Source: a virus (Duplodnaviria; Caudoviricetes). Taken from it: 35,160 bases of DNA. Where the stretch lies: positions 1-35,160 of the IMG/VR virus record IMGVR_UViG_3300024051_000009; one strand, 5' to 3'. Positions 1 through 8,485 of the stretch are shown here, piece after piece. Within the stretch, counting starts at the first letter, position 1. The number at the start of each line of letters is the position of its first letter. The position numbers and the translations under genes were made by a program. The notes under the pieces were generated by a model. The model did not search any database. It was not told where the DNA came from and was given only the letters and a program-made list of their open reading frames with translations.

Positions 1-108
1 TCGCGATCGTCGAGACCCGACCGGCGGCGAGCGACGTCAAGCCCCAGCGTGGGTTCGCGATCGTGGCTGTCGGCGGTCGCTCCCTGGTGCGGGACGCGCG
101 TGCGCAAC

Positions 109-144
109 GACGAAGGCCCGGACCGTCCGGTCCGGGCCTTCGTC
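109..144 (-). terminator. Intrinsic terminator-like hairpin downstream of the tRNA 3' end (host side)
   Basis: 16-bp perfect stem GACGAAGGCCCGGACC / GGTCCGGGCCTTCGTC with a 4-nt loop, immediately 3' of the tRNA fragment on the minus strand. Confidence 0.8.
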
Positions 145-149
145 TTCTT

Positions 150-185
150 GTAGCGGGGGCAGGATTTGAACCTGCGACCTCTGGG
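150..185 (-). mobile_element. Prophage att core: duplicated 3' half of initiator tRNA-Met
   Basis: Reverse complement CCCAGAGGTCGCAGGTTCAAATCCTGCCCCCGCTAC matches the actinobacterial tRNA-fMet 3' anticodon stem, T-arm and acceptor strand. The 5' half is absent, and the site lies 150 bp from the integrase stop. Confidence 0.85.
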
Positions 186-191
186 GTAGAA

Positions 192-283
192 CGTCTGTTC
201 AATGTAGACGCACGTCGCGCTATGTATAGACGACCTAGACGATATGCCTCGCGCTCTAGACGGGTCGCCGCGAACGCTAGACG
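192..283. promoter_or_regulatory. att-arm protein-binding array (TAGACG repeats and two dyad operators)
   Basis: TAGACG at 205, 227, 236, 257, 278 (last three exactly 21 bp apart); dyads CGTCTG-N7-TAGACG (192-210) and TGTATA-N7-TAGACG (223-241). Confidence 0.65.
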
Positions 284-337
284 CGCAGGTCAGAGGCTCG
301 GGTAGCGTTCTCGGGTTCTCCGGGGGTAAACCGGGGA

Positions 338-1546
338 TCACGGGGTGGGGCGGGACACGAGGGAGTCGAGCACCGCTGCCACGGCCGGCCCCTCGTGAGT
401 GCGCTCGACGTAGTGCCTTGCGGTCACCGCGTCGGACCCGTGCCCGAGCTGCGCCGAAGCGACGGCCAGGTCTTCCCGACGCGCGAGCAGGGTCGCGACG
501 GTGCGCCGGAACGTGTGCGGCGTGACCCAGCCGAACCCGGCCTCGTCCCGGATGCCGCGCCACGCCTTGCGGACGTTCCCCGGGTCGCGTGGCGTGCCGA
601 CGCTGGACGGGAAGACGAGGTCGCGCGGGTTGCCCGCCGGCTGCAGGACCCGGCGGCGCAGGAGGGTGTCCACCGTGAAGCGGGGGAGGTCGAGACGGCG
701 GCGCGACGTCGCCGTCTTCGGGTGGTCCTGTCTGACGAGCCGACGGGGGCCCTGCTCCTGGTCTTCCCAGACGACCGTCCCCGCGACGGTGAGCGTGCCC
801 TCGTCGAGGTCGACGTCCTCCCACCGCAGGGCGAGCACCTCGCCGATGCGCGCGCCCGTGCCGAGCAGCACGTCGATGATGTCGAGCAGATCGCCCATCG
901 GCGGCCGACCGCGCCGGGGGCGCGCGTCCTCGTCCGTCGGCTTGATCGGGCGACCCTCCTGCCACGCCTTCACGGCCGCGCGAAGTACCGCGACCTCGTC
1001 AAGCGTCAGGGCCCGCGGGTCGCGCTTCGTGACCGTGATGCCGGCGACGTCGCGCAGCGGGTTCGTCGGCGCGGCACCGTGCCTCACTGCGAGGCCGAGC
1101 ATGCCGGACAGCACGGTCCGGCAGAGCTTCGCTGTGGGCGGGCCCACGTTCGTCGCGATCGCCTTGAGGAAGCGATCGAGCCTCGGCACGGTCGCCTCGC
1201 GAACCATGAGTCCGCCGACCCCGGGAAGCACGTGATCGTTGAGCACCTCGCGGTAGCGACGCACCGTGTTGATCGCACGGTCGCTCGCCTCGATCTCGGC
1301 GAGCCAGACCACAGCGACCGCGGAGAGCCGGGCCTCCGCGGAGATCTCGTCACCCGCCGGAGCGGTGCGCTCGACCAGGGCCGCAGCGAGAGCGCTCCGT
1401 GCGGCTCCCTTCGTCGCACCGAAGCGCTCGACGTCACGCGTCACGCCGTCGAAGTCGCGGAACTGCGTCCGGGCGCGGAAGCCTCGGCCGGACGCCTGCA
1501 CGCGGATCGTGCCCCACGTGCCAACGGGCAGGGGCGGCCTAGCCAC
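338..1546 (-). CDS. int: Tyrosine integrase
   Basis: 402 aa with catalytic motifs GARIGE (R), PKT (K), HTFRR (HxxR), LGH, and HY (Y); adjacent to att. Confidence 0.96.
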   Translation of the reverse strand: MARPPLPVGTWGTIRVQASGRGFRARTQFRDFDGVTRDVERFGATKGAARSALAAALVERTAPAGDEISAEARLSAVAVVWLAEIEASDRAINTVRRYREVLNDHVLPGVGGLMVREATVPRLDRFLKAIATNVGPPTAKLCRTVLSGMLGLAVRHGAAPTNPLRDVAGITVTKRDPRALTLDEVAVLRAAVKAWQEGRPIKPTDEDARPRRGRPPMGDLLDIIDVLLGTGARIGEVLALRWEDVDLDEGTLTVAGTVVWEDQEQGPRRLVRQDHPKTATSRRRLDLPRFTVDTLLRRRVLQPAGNPRDLVFPSSVGTPRDPGNVRKAWRGIRDEAGFGWVTPHTFRRTVATLLARREDLAVASAQLGHGSDAVTARHYVERTHEGPAVAAVLDSLVSRPTP

Positions 1547-1898
1547 GGCGACGGCGCAGCGCGTCGACGATCACCTCGACGCGCTCGAGGTCGTCCTCGT
1601 CGAGGCTGAGCAGGTTGTCGACGAGCAGCGACATCCGCTGCGACTCCGCGCGGGAGTCCGGGCTGACGCCCGCGGACACCATCGCCGCGTCCTGCACGCG
1701 CTCGAAGGTGAGTTGGAGCCCGGTCGCGAGTTTGCGGAGCGTGTCGGCGCGCGGCATGTGCGGGGCGGTGGGGAGCGCGAGCTGCCCGACCTTCGCCTTG
1801 CTGAGGCCGGCTCGGCGCGCGATCTGCGAGTACGACTCGCCGGTGCGGTCTTGGTGGCGGCGGATGAGCTCGTCGAGCCCGATCGCGTCGGTCGTCAT
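1539..1898 (-). CDS. XRE-family HTH immunity repressor #1 (no S24 peptidase domain)
   Basis: HTH SYSQIARRAGLSKAKVGQL...PRADTLRKLA; overlaps the integrase start; divergent from a cro-like gene. Confidence 0.85.
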   Translation of the reverse strand: MTTDAIGLDELIRRHQDRTGESYSQIARRAGLSKAKVGQLALPTAPHMPRADTLRKLATGLQLTFERVQDAAMVSAGVSPDSRAESQRMSLLVDNLLSLDEDDLERVEVIVDALRRRRG

Positions 1899-1934
1899 GG
1901 TGTCGCCTGTCTGTAAGGGGTGGAGACGACGCCG

Positions 1935-2047
1935 AGTCTAGACACTCTGGACGGCAGGCGTCTAGCGATAGCAGGTTACATGTCCAAGCGGACTAGACAC
2001 CGGCGCGGATGCGGACTACGTTGACGAACGTCCACGAACGCTAGACG
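1935..2047. promoter_or_regulatory. Switch #1: divergent promoters with three dyad operators
   Basis: Operators AGTCTA-N7-TGGACG (1935-1953), TGTCCA-N7-TAGACA (1981-1999), CGTCCA-N7-TAGACG (2029-2047). Rightward -35 TAGACA (1994)/17 bp/-10 TACGTT (2017). Leftward -35 TAGACG (1964-1959)/18 bp/-10 TAGACT (1940-1935). Confidence 0.7.
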
Positions 2048-2065
2048 ACTCCGCGAGGTCCACCG

Positions 2066-2314
2066 ATGCCCACCGCTCCCGCCCCGACCTGCACGGTCAG
2101 CCCGACGCCCGCGCTCGGTGCCGCATACCGAGATGGGAAGTCGTCCTACACCGACCTCGCGCAGGCCGTCGGCTGCTCCAAGGCGCTCATCGGGCAGATC
2201 ATGGGCGGGCAGCCCACGAGCCTCGAGCGCGCCGAGGCGATCGCCGAGCACTACGGGCAGCCGGTGTCGGTCCTCTTCCGGCACAAGAACGGCGACATGA
2301 TCGGCGGCGCGTGA
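2066..2314 (+). CDS. Cro-like HTH protein (possible Cox/Apl-type repressor-excisionase)
   Basis: 82 aa XRE HTH SYTDLAQAVGCSKALIGQI...RAEAIAEHYGQPVSVLF; first rightward gene. Confidence 0.75.
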   Translation: MPTAPAPTCTVSPTPALGAAYRDGKSSYTDLAQAVGCSKALIGQIMGGQPTSLERAEAIAEHYGQPVSVLFRHKNGDMIGGA

Positions 2315-2643
2315 TGAGCGCCGAGCGCTGGAACCGCCTCGCGGCTGACCTCGCCGCCGCTGGCGTGGAGGTCGTCAGGGTCGACGAGCGCGCCTACAGC
2401 GAGTCGAACTACGGGCGTGTGAGGCACGGCGTCTCGCGGTCGATCACGATCCGTCGCGCCGACGGTTGGCTCGTCGAGATCAACGACTCGTGGTGGCACA
2501 AGAACGACGCCGTGTGGACCGGCTACACGGTCACCGCTTCGGACCGCGGCTCGATCACTCGGTCAGTTCGCCGCGGGATGAAGCGGCGCAGCGAGGTCGT
2601 CGCTGCAGTCCTGGACGCCACTGCACGAAAGGCAGTGGCGTGA
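2311..2643 (+). CDS. Hypothetical phage protein
   Basis: GTGA overlap with the previous gene; GC3-biased codons. Confidence 0.7.
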   Translation: MMSAERWNRLAADLAAAGVEVVRVDERAYSESNYGRVRHGVSRSITIRRADGWLVEINDSWWHKNDAVWTGYTVTASDRGSITRSVRRGMKRRSEVVAAVLDATARKAVA

Positions 2644-2888
2644 CCATGCTGCTCGACGACTCGCTGCCTATCTCGCCTGACTGTGTCGTCGGCAAGGGCC
2701 GTGCGTGCGCTGGGTTCGCGCTCGACGAGTCGACCGACGAGGTCGTCGACTGCGCGTGTACCTGCCACGAGGGCCCGTGCTCCGCGACCGTCATCGCGGC
2801 GACGCGCATCGACGAGGCCGAGCGGTGCGATGAGGCGCGGGTCTGTGGCACCGAGCTCTGTCCGTCTCACGTGGACGACGAGCCGTGA
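2640..2888 (+). CDS. Cys-rich hypothetical protein
   Basis: GTGA-coupled start (alternative ATG 2646); CACTCH, C...LCPSH motifs; stop overlaps the next start. Confidence 0.6.
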   Translation: MTMLLDDSLPISPDCVVGKGRACAGFALDESTDEVVDCACTCHEGPCSATVIAATRIDEAERCDEARVCGTELCPSHVDDEP

Positions 2889-3829
2889 CCGGCGGGTGCG
2901 TGCCAGGCCTTGCCGGGCGTCTGATCCTCCCGGCGGCGGCCTACGCCCGGGCTCGTGGCCGGTGGCTCGCCGCGCGGAGGTTCGGGCTCGGCGCGTCCGA
3001 GACGTCGGGCGTGCTCGGCGTGAACCCGTGGAAGACGCCGTACAGCGTGTGGCGAGAGAAGACGTCCGACCGGCCGCCCGTTGAGGGTGGCGTCGGTGAG
3101 GCCGCCGAGTGGGGCACGGACCTCGAGGCGGTCGTCGCGCGGGTCTTCGCGCGCCGTCACCCCGAGCTCGGGAAGCTCGCGCCGACGCCCGGGCTGCTCG
3201 TGCACGAGAAGCACCCGCATGTGCTCGCCACGCTCGACCGGCTACTCGTCCCGCGCCGCTCCCGCGGTGGCGTCCCGACGTCGGCGCTCGAGGTCAAGAC
3301 GGTGTCCGAGCACATGTACCGGCACCACTGGCTCGACGGCGTCCCGCCCGTGCACATCCTCGTGCAGGCTCAGCAGCAGCTCGCCGTCACCGGGCTCGAC
3401 CATCTGTGGGTCGCGGTGCTCGTCGGCGGCCAGCACATGCCCGAGCCGTACCGGGTCGACCGCGACGACGCCGTCATCGAGACAGTCATCGCGTACGCGG
3501 GGGAGTGGTGGCAGCGGCACGTCGTCGACGGTGTCCGGCCGCCGCTCACGTTCGCGGACCGCGACGACCTGGTCCTCGCGCTCCCGGGCGACCTCGACCT
3601 CGACCCGAAGCCCGCGGACCCGCCGACGCTCGCCTCGTTCGCGGAGTACGTCGACGCGCGCCGCCGCCGCGACGAGGCCGTCGACGACATGGAGGTCCAC
3701 GGCTTCGCGGTCAAGACCTACCTCGGTGACCACACCGCCCTCACCGACGAGCACGGCACCGTGCTCGCGACCTGGCGGCCAACGAAGACCGGCCGCTCGT
3801 TCCGCACCAAGGAGACCACCGCAGCATGA
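2885..3829 (+). CDS. YqaJ-like (lambda exo/RecE-type) viral recombination exonuclease
   Basis: WLAARRFGLGASE, NPWKTP, ATLDR, LEVKT, QAQQQLAVTG motifs. Confidence 0.9.
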   Translation: MTGGCVPGLAGRLILPAAAYARARGRWLAARRFGLGASETSGVLGVNPWKTPYSVWREKTSDRPPVEGGVGEAAEWGTDLEAVVARVFARRHPELGKLAPTPGLLVHEKHPHVLATLDRLLVPRRSRGGVPTSALEVKTVSEHMYRHHWLDGVPPVHILVQAQQQLAVTGLDHLWVAVLVGGQHMPEPYRVDRDDAVIETVIAYAGEWWQRHVVDGVRPPLTFADRDDLVLALPGDLDLDPKPADPPTLASFAEYVDARRRRDEAVDDMEVHGFAVKTYLGDHTALTDEHGTVLATWRPTKTGRSFRTKETTAA

Positions 3830-4581
3830 GCACCCTCGCAACCCCGTCCGCGCTCGCCGAGCGCGTCGCGGCAGCCACCGGCCGCACATCCACGACGCCA
3901 CGCGAGCGCCGCACCCGCCCCGCCACGGGCACCACCTCCCACCCGCTCGTGCTGCTCGCCGGCGGGTGGAAGTCCGGCAAGTCCTACGCGCTCGCCGCCG
4001 CGTCCGCCGACGAGCGCGTCGCGCGCATGACCGTCGTCGAGGTCGGTGGCGACCGCGGCAAGATGGACTCATACGGTGCGATCCCCGGCGCGACGTTCGA
4101 GCTCGTCGAGCACGACAACACGTGGGCCGACCTGACCGCCGCGATCGCCGCCGAGTGCGACCAGCCGCCCGCCGACGGGGGCTACAACATCCTCGCGATC
4201 GACGGCGCGACGTCCCTGTGGGCCGTGCTCACCCGCTCCGCCCAGCGCGGCGGCCGGGACCTCACCGGCGGCGGATGGTCCGCCGTCAACACCGCGTGGG
4301 ACGACCTGCTCAACGTCCTGCGCACCTACCCCGGACCCGTCGTCCTCACCGCCCGCACCGACGACACCGGGATCGTCGACGACGCCCTCGGCCGCGTCCG
4401 CACCCAGCGGGACCTGGCGTTCGAGGCCGACGTCGTCGTGCAGGCCACCGGCCACCGCCGCTTCACCCTCGCCGGTGCGTCGTCCCTCGCGCTCGCGACC
4501 GACGACGTCGCGCTCCCGCTCGAGCTTGGCGACCTCGTCCTGGCCGACCTGCTCGACCTGCTCACCGGCGGTCAGCCGTGA
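3826..4581 (+). CDS. AAA_24/Sak4-like ATPase (recombinase partner)
   Basis: Walker A GGWKSGKS, Walker B ILAIDG, VVLTAR; follows the exonuclease. Confidence 0.75.
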   Translation: MSTLATPSALAERVAAATGRTSTTPRERRTRPATGTTSHPLVLLAGGWKSGKSYALAAASADERVARMTVVEVGGDRGKMDSYGAIPGATFELVEHDNTWADLTAAIAAECDQPPADGGYNILAIDGATSLWAVLTRSAQRGGRDLTGGGWSAVNTAWDDLLNVLRTYPGPVVLTARTDDTGIVDDALGRVRTQRDLAFEADVVVQATGHRRFTLAGASSLALATDDVALPLELGDLVLADLLDLLTGGQP

Positions 4582-4877
4582 CCGCGGTCACCGTCGACGT
4601 TCCGGTCTACCTGCAGGTCGAGCCCCGCAAGCGGCGCTGGGACCCTGAGACCAGCCGGTACGACGGTGCGGTCACCGAGGCGACCGTCGTCGCGATGACG
4701 AAGACCCGCCCGGGGAAGCCGCGCGGCGGGACGGTCGTCGTGAAGGTCACGCTGCGCATCCCGTCCGCGGCGTTCGACCCGCTGCGGCCCGAGGCCGTCG
4801 TCGTGATCCCCGCCGACCTCACCGACGCGCACCCGGTCGTCGTCGAAGCGAGCGACCCCACGGACGACCAGCGGTGA
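4578..4877 (+). CDS. Hypothetical phage protein
   Basis: GTGA overlaps at both ends; C-terminal 99 aa of ORF 3081-4877. Confidence 0.7.
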   Translation: MTAVTVDVPVYLQVEPRKRRWDPETSRYDGAVTEATVVAMTKTRPGKPRGGTVVVKVTLRIPSAAFDPLRPEAVVVIPADLTDAHPVVVEASDPTDDQR

Positions 4878-5281
4878 AGCGGATGACCCCGCTCCGCGGG
4901 ACCACACCGCTCGCGCGCTCCCGCGCGAAGCGGATGCGCCCGCTGCGGCGGCCCGCCATGGACAGGAGCTTGCGCCACCAGGTGTACGTGCGCGCGGTTG
5001 GGCGCTGCGAGTTCTGCGGCGTCCCGCTGCCCGGCGACGCGTGGGACGCCCACCACCGGCAGCTGCGGTCCCGCGGCGGACCCGACTCCCTGCCGAACCT
5101 CGTCGCGCTCTGCCGCACACACCACCGCTGGGTGCACGAGCACCCTGCCGCAGCGACCGCCGTCGGCTTCATGGTTCCGTCCTGGGCCGACCCCGACACC
5201 ACCCCGCTCCACCTGCACGGCCGCCGCTGGGTCCTGCCCGGCGAGCGGTACACCCTCACCGACGCACCCAAGGGAGCCTGA
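4874..5281 (+). CDS. HNH endonuclease
   Basis: RCEFCG...AHHRQLRSRGG...NLVALCRTHHRWVH. Confidence 0.88.
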   Translation: MKRMTPLRGTTPLARSRAKRMRPLRRPAMDRSLRHQVYVRAVGRCEFCGVPLPGDAWDAHHRQLRSRGGPDSLPNLVALCRTHHRWVHEHPAAATAVGFMVPSWADPDTTPLHLHGRRWVLPGERYTLTDAPKGA

Positions 5282-5284
5282 CCC

Positions 5285-5647
5285 GTGAACCCCGAGACCC
5301 TCGCCCGCAGGGGCGACCCCGCCACGTCCCACGCCGCCGCCGCGAAGCAGCCGCAGCGGTCCCCGCTGATCCGAGCCGCCGTCCTCGAGGTACTCACCGA
5401 GGACGGACCCGCGACACACGACCAGATCGTCGCGCGCTACAACCGTCGGATCGCCCACGGGGCGGGCTACCCCGCCGCCTCCGCGTCGTCGATCCGGACC
5501 CGCACGAAGGAACTCGTGCGTGATGGGCAGGTCGAGCAGGTCCCCGATGCCGTCGGGAGGTCGTCGATGGGGCAGCCCGCGCACCTCTGGCGCGCCGTGA
5601 CCGTCCAGCAGACCGAGACGAGCGACCAGACGGGCTGGATCGCATGA
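5285..5647 (+). CDS. Winged-helix DNA-binding phage protein
   Basis: ARRGDPATSHAAA N-terminus and SIRTRTKELVRDGQV helix, as seen in actinophage wHTH proteins. Confidence 0.65.
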   Translation: MNPETLARRGDPATSHAAAAKQPQRSPLIRAAVLEVLTEDGPATHDQIVARYNRRIAHGAGYPAASASSIRTRTKELVRDGQVEQVPDAVGRSSMGQPAHLWRAVTVQQTETSDQTGWIA

Positions 5648-7260
5648 AGGCCGACCCCCACATGCCCGGCTGCGGGCTGACGTTCGTCGATTTCTTCTGC
5701 GGTGCGGGCGGCTCGTCGACCGGGCTGGTCGAAGCGGGTCTGACGCTCGTGTCGGCGTACAACCACTGGGACCGTGCGATCGAGACCCACGCGACCAACC
5801 ATCGCCACGCGGACCACGTGCAGGCGGACATCTCGAACTACGACATGCGCCTCGTCCCGCGGAACATCGACGTCGCGTGGATGAGCCCGGAGTGCACGTG
5901 GCACTCCCCGGCCGGCGGTCGCCGCAACCCTCGCCAGCCCGCGCTGGACCTGTTCGACGAGTACGTCCCGAACGACGCCGGTCAGCGGTCGCGAATGACG
6001 ATGTGGGACGTCGTGCGCGCCGCGGAGGCCCGCCGGTTCCCGATCGTGATCGTCGAGAACGTCATGGAGGTCACCCACTGGGAACTGTTCCAGGCGTGGA
6101 TGACCGCGATGGACAACCTCGGGTACCGGTGCGAGACGTTGAGCGTGTCCGCGGCGCACATCGGTGGACCGGGGAACCCGTACGCGCCGCAGTGGCGTGA
6201 CCGGGTCTACTTCATCTTCGTCCGAGCGGGTGTGCCGGTTCCGGATGTCCGGCCGCGGCCGGAGGCATGGTGCCCGCAGTGCGACACCGTCGTGCGGGCC
6301 ACGCAGGTGTGGAAGAAGCCGGGGCAGCGGTTCGGGAAGTACGGGCCGCAGTACTACTACGCGTGCACGGAGGGGGCGCACCGCCCGGCGCAGGTCGAGC
6401 CGTTCGCTTCACCGGCGGCGGACGCGATCGACTGGGCCGACTTGGGGACGCGGATCGGTGACCGGCCGCGGCCCTTGGCAGAGGCGACCCTGCGCCGCAT
6501 CCGGGTCGGGGCCCGCATGTTCGCGGGTGAGACGAACGTGGTCGCGCACTCGGGGCACACGTGGGATGCGGCGAAGCCCGCACACCCGGCGTTCGGTGAC
6601 CCGTCCGCGTACTACCGGGTCCTGCCCGCGCACGGGGCACCGCTGATGACCCGCTCCGGGGCCCCAGGGGACGGGATCGCGACCCCGCCGTTCATGGTGT
6701 CGGTCAACCACGGTGGCGCTGACGCTCGAGCGTTCCGCCCGGACCAGGGGCCTCTGCCGACCCGCTCCACGAAGGTCGGTGACGGCTTGGTCATGCCGTT
6801 CATCACCGAGCTGTACGGGACCGGGACCGCGAAGTCCGTGCAGAACCCGCTCGGTGCGGTGACGGCTGGCGGCAACCACCAGGGCCTCGCCGTCCCGCCC
6901 GGTGCGTTCATCCAGAAGCACCACGGCGGGGTGGACTACCCGCGGGTCGAGCACATGCTCAAGCCCATCACGGAGCCGTTGCCGACGGTCGTGGCCCGCC
7001 CGAACGTGTCACTCGTCGTGCCGGTGCGGAAGCGGCCGACGGTCGACATGGATGACCTCGAGTCGATGGACGTCTCGGACTACCGGTTCCGGATGCTGTC
7101 GTGGCGGGAGCACGCGACGGCGCAGCGGTTCCCGGTGGACTACGAGTTCACGGGGAACTCGTCAGAGAACACGATGATGGCGGGGAACGCAGTCGCGTCG
7201 AACGTCGCGCACTACCTCGGCGCGAAGGTCGTCGAGGCGCTCTGCGGGGTGCCGAGGTGA
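5644..7260 (+). CDS. Orphan DNA cytosine-C5 methyltransferase
   Basis: Motif I FFCGAGG, IV SPEC, VI VENV, VIII PQWRDRVY, X GNAV; Cys-rich insertion WCPQC...YYYAC. Confidence 0.92.
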   Translation: MKADPHMPGCGLTFVDFFCGAGGSSTGLVEAGLTLVSAYNHWDRAIETHATNHRHADHVQADISNYDMRLVPRNIDVAWMSPECTWHSPAGGRRNPRQPALDLFDEYVPNDAGQRSRMTMWDVVRAAEARRFPIVIVENVMEVTHWELFQAWMTAMDNLGYRCETLSVSAAHIGGPGNPYAPQWRDRVYFIFVRAGVPVPDVRPRPEAWCPQCDTVVRATQVWKKPGQRFGKYGPQYYYACTEGAHRPAQVEPFASPAADAIDWADLGTRIGDRPRPLAEATLRRIRVGARMFAGETNVVAHSGHTWDAAKPAHPAFGDPSAYYRVLPAHGAPLMTRSGAPGDGIATPPFMVSVNHGGADARAFRPDQGPLPTRSTKVGDGLVMPFITELYGTGTAKSVQNPLGAVTAGGNHQGLAVPPGAFIQKHHGGVDYPRVEHMLKPITEPLPTVVARPNVSLVVPVRKRPTVDMDDLESMDVSDYRFRMLSWREHATAQRFPVDYEFTGNSSENTMMAGNAVASNVAHYLGAKVVEALCGVPR

Positions 7261-8066
7261 GCACCGAGTGCATCCGACGCCCAGGGTCGCTGTTCACGCT
7301 GTGCATGTGCCCGCCGTGCGCGCGGCGAAAGCGCCGGCTCGCGAAGGCCGCCCGGGCGGGCCTTCTGCCCGAGCGGCGGACCGCAGCCGTGTGGGAGCTC
7401 GTCGATGCACGGATCGCCGCCGGGTGGTCACCACTCGCGGTGGGGTCGGCTGCGGGGCTCCCTGAGCGGACGATCCGCAGTGCGCTCGACCGCCGCGCTC
7501 ACGGGGCCCCAGGCACGTGGACGCATGCGAGCGAGAAGGCGCTACTCGCGTCGGCACCCTGGCCGACGGACGGCATGCTCGGTGCACACGGGCCCCGCCG
7601 CCGTCTGCGTGCCCTCGCCCGCGTCGGATACAGCCTCGACGCCCTTCACCAGCGTTCGGGTCTGCCGATGATGACGCTGTCCGTCATCCGCTCCGGGAGG
7701 GTTGCCACGGTCCGCGCGGACACACACCGTGTCGTGCGCGAGCTGTACGACGCGCTGTCGATGACACCAGGCGCGTCCGAGACGACACGCACCACCGCCT
7801 GGCGCGCCGGGTGGGCGTCGCCCCTCGCATGGGACGACGACACCATCGACGACCCCGCAGCTGAGCCCAACACTGGCGCACCGGCGCGGCACCTCGACCT
7901 CGACGAGTGGATGTTCCTGGTCCGAAGCGGCGAGCCCGCCGCGGCCGCGGCGCGTCGGTGCGGCGTGACGGTCAGTGCTGTCGACCGCGCAGCACGCCGC
8001 CTCGGACGGCCGGACGTCGTCGCGGCGGTCGCCGGCGCTGTCTCTGCGGAGCGGAGGGCGGGATGA
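7257..8066 (+). CDS. HTH/Zn-binding phage DNA-binding protein
   Basis: GTGA-coupled start; CMCPPC; RRLRALARVGYSLDAL; SPLAWDDDTIDDP; C-terminal HTH. Confidence 0.7.
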   Translation: MSTECIRRPGSLFTLCMCPPCARRKRRLAKAARAGLLPERRTAAVWELVDARIAAGWSPLAVGSAAGLPERTIRSALDRRAHGAPGTWTHASEKALLASAPWPTDGMLGAHGPRRRLRALARVGYSLDALHQRSGLPMMTLSVIRSGRVATVRADTHRVVRELYDALSMTPGASETTRTTAWRAGWASPLAWDDDTIDDPAAEPNTGAPARHLDLDEWMFLVRSGEPAAAAARRCGVTVSAVDRAARRLGRPDVVAAVAGAVSAERRAG

Positions 8067-8485
8067 CGGCGCACATCCTCACGATCACGCGCCGCGACTT
8101 CCCCGGCGGCTTGCTGAACCTCAACGCGCTGCGCGGCGAGACCCGGCACCTCGGCCGGCTCGCCGCGCCGTGGCGGTCCCTCGGCTGCGACCTCGCCCGG
8201 CTCTCGTCGATGCCGCGCCCGTTCCTGCAGCCCGTGGTCATCCGCGTCGAGTTCCGGTTCCCGAACAACCGACGACGGGACACCGGGAACCTCGTGCCCA
8301 CCGTGAAGGCGCTCATCGACGGCATCGTCGACGCAGGCGTGCTCATCGACGACTGCGACGGGCTCGTCGAGGGCCCCCACCTGCGCCGCACGTACCCGAA
8401 CGGTCCCGAACGCATCCGGATCATCATCACCCCGCTCGAGCCGGCCGAGGTCGGCGTCGAGTACCAGGAAGGACCCCTCCTGTGA
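8063..8485 (+). CDS. rusA: RusA-like Holliday junction resolvase
   Basis: RRRDTGNLVPTVKALIDGIVDAGVLIDD motif. Confidence 0.85.
   Translation: MTAHILTITRRDFPGGLLNLNALRGETRHLGRLAAPWRSLGCDLARLSSMPRPFLQPVVIRVEFRFPNNRRRDTGNLVPTVKALIDGIVDAGVLIDDCDGLVEGPHLRRTYPNGPERIRIIITPLEPAEVGVEYQEGPLL

Noticed and set aside
150-225. Intact tRNA-Met gene
   Set aside because: Similarity stops at ~185; the anticodon loop, D-arm and 5' acceptor strand are missing, so it is only the att duplication
205-283. Mini CRISPR-like array
   Set aside because: Repeats are only 6-7 bp with 3-16 bp gaps and there are no cas genes; better explained as protein-binding sites
63-305. 80-aa ORF containing LVAGAGFEPATSG
   Set aside because: This peptide is the usual artefact of translating the antisense strand of a tRNA T-arm
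338-1898. BPs-type integration-dependent immunity
   Set aside because: The att core is downstream of int, not inside the repressor gene, and neither Int nor repressor #1 ends in an ssrA-like tag
3081-4577. 598-aa ORF 3081-4877 and other long alternative-frame or antisense ORFs (e.g. 395-1609, 19004-20482, 22062-24041, 30246-32015, 30407-32368)
   Set aside because: Arg/Pro/Ser-rich shadow frames of high-GC genes overlapping well-supported CDSs; only 4578-4877 of this ORF looks real
4578-4877. SSB partner for the Sak4-like ATPase
   Set aside because: Beta-rich with an acidic end, but no recognisable SSB motifs; left as hypothetical
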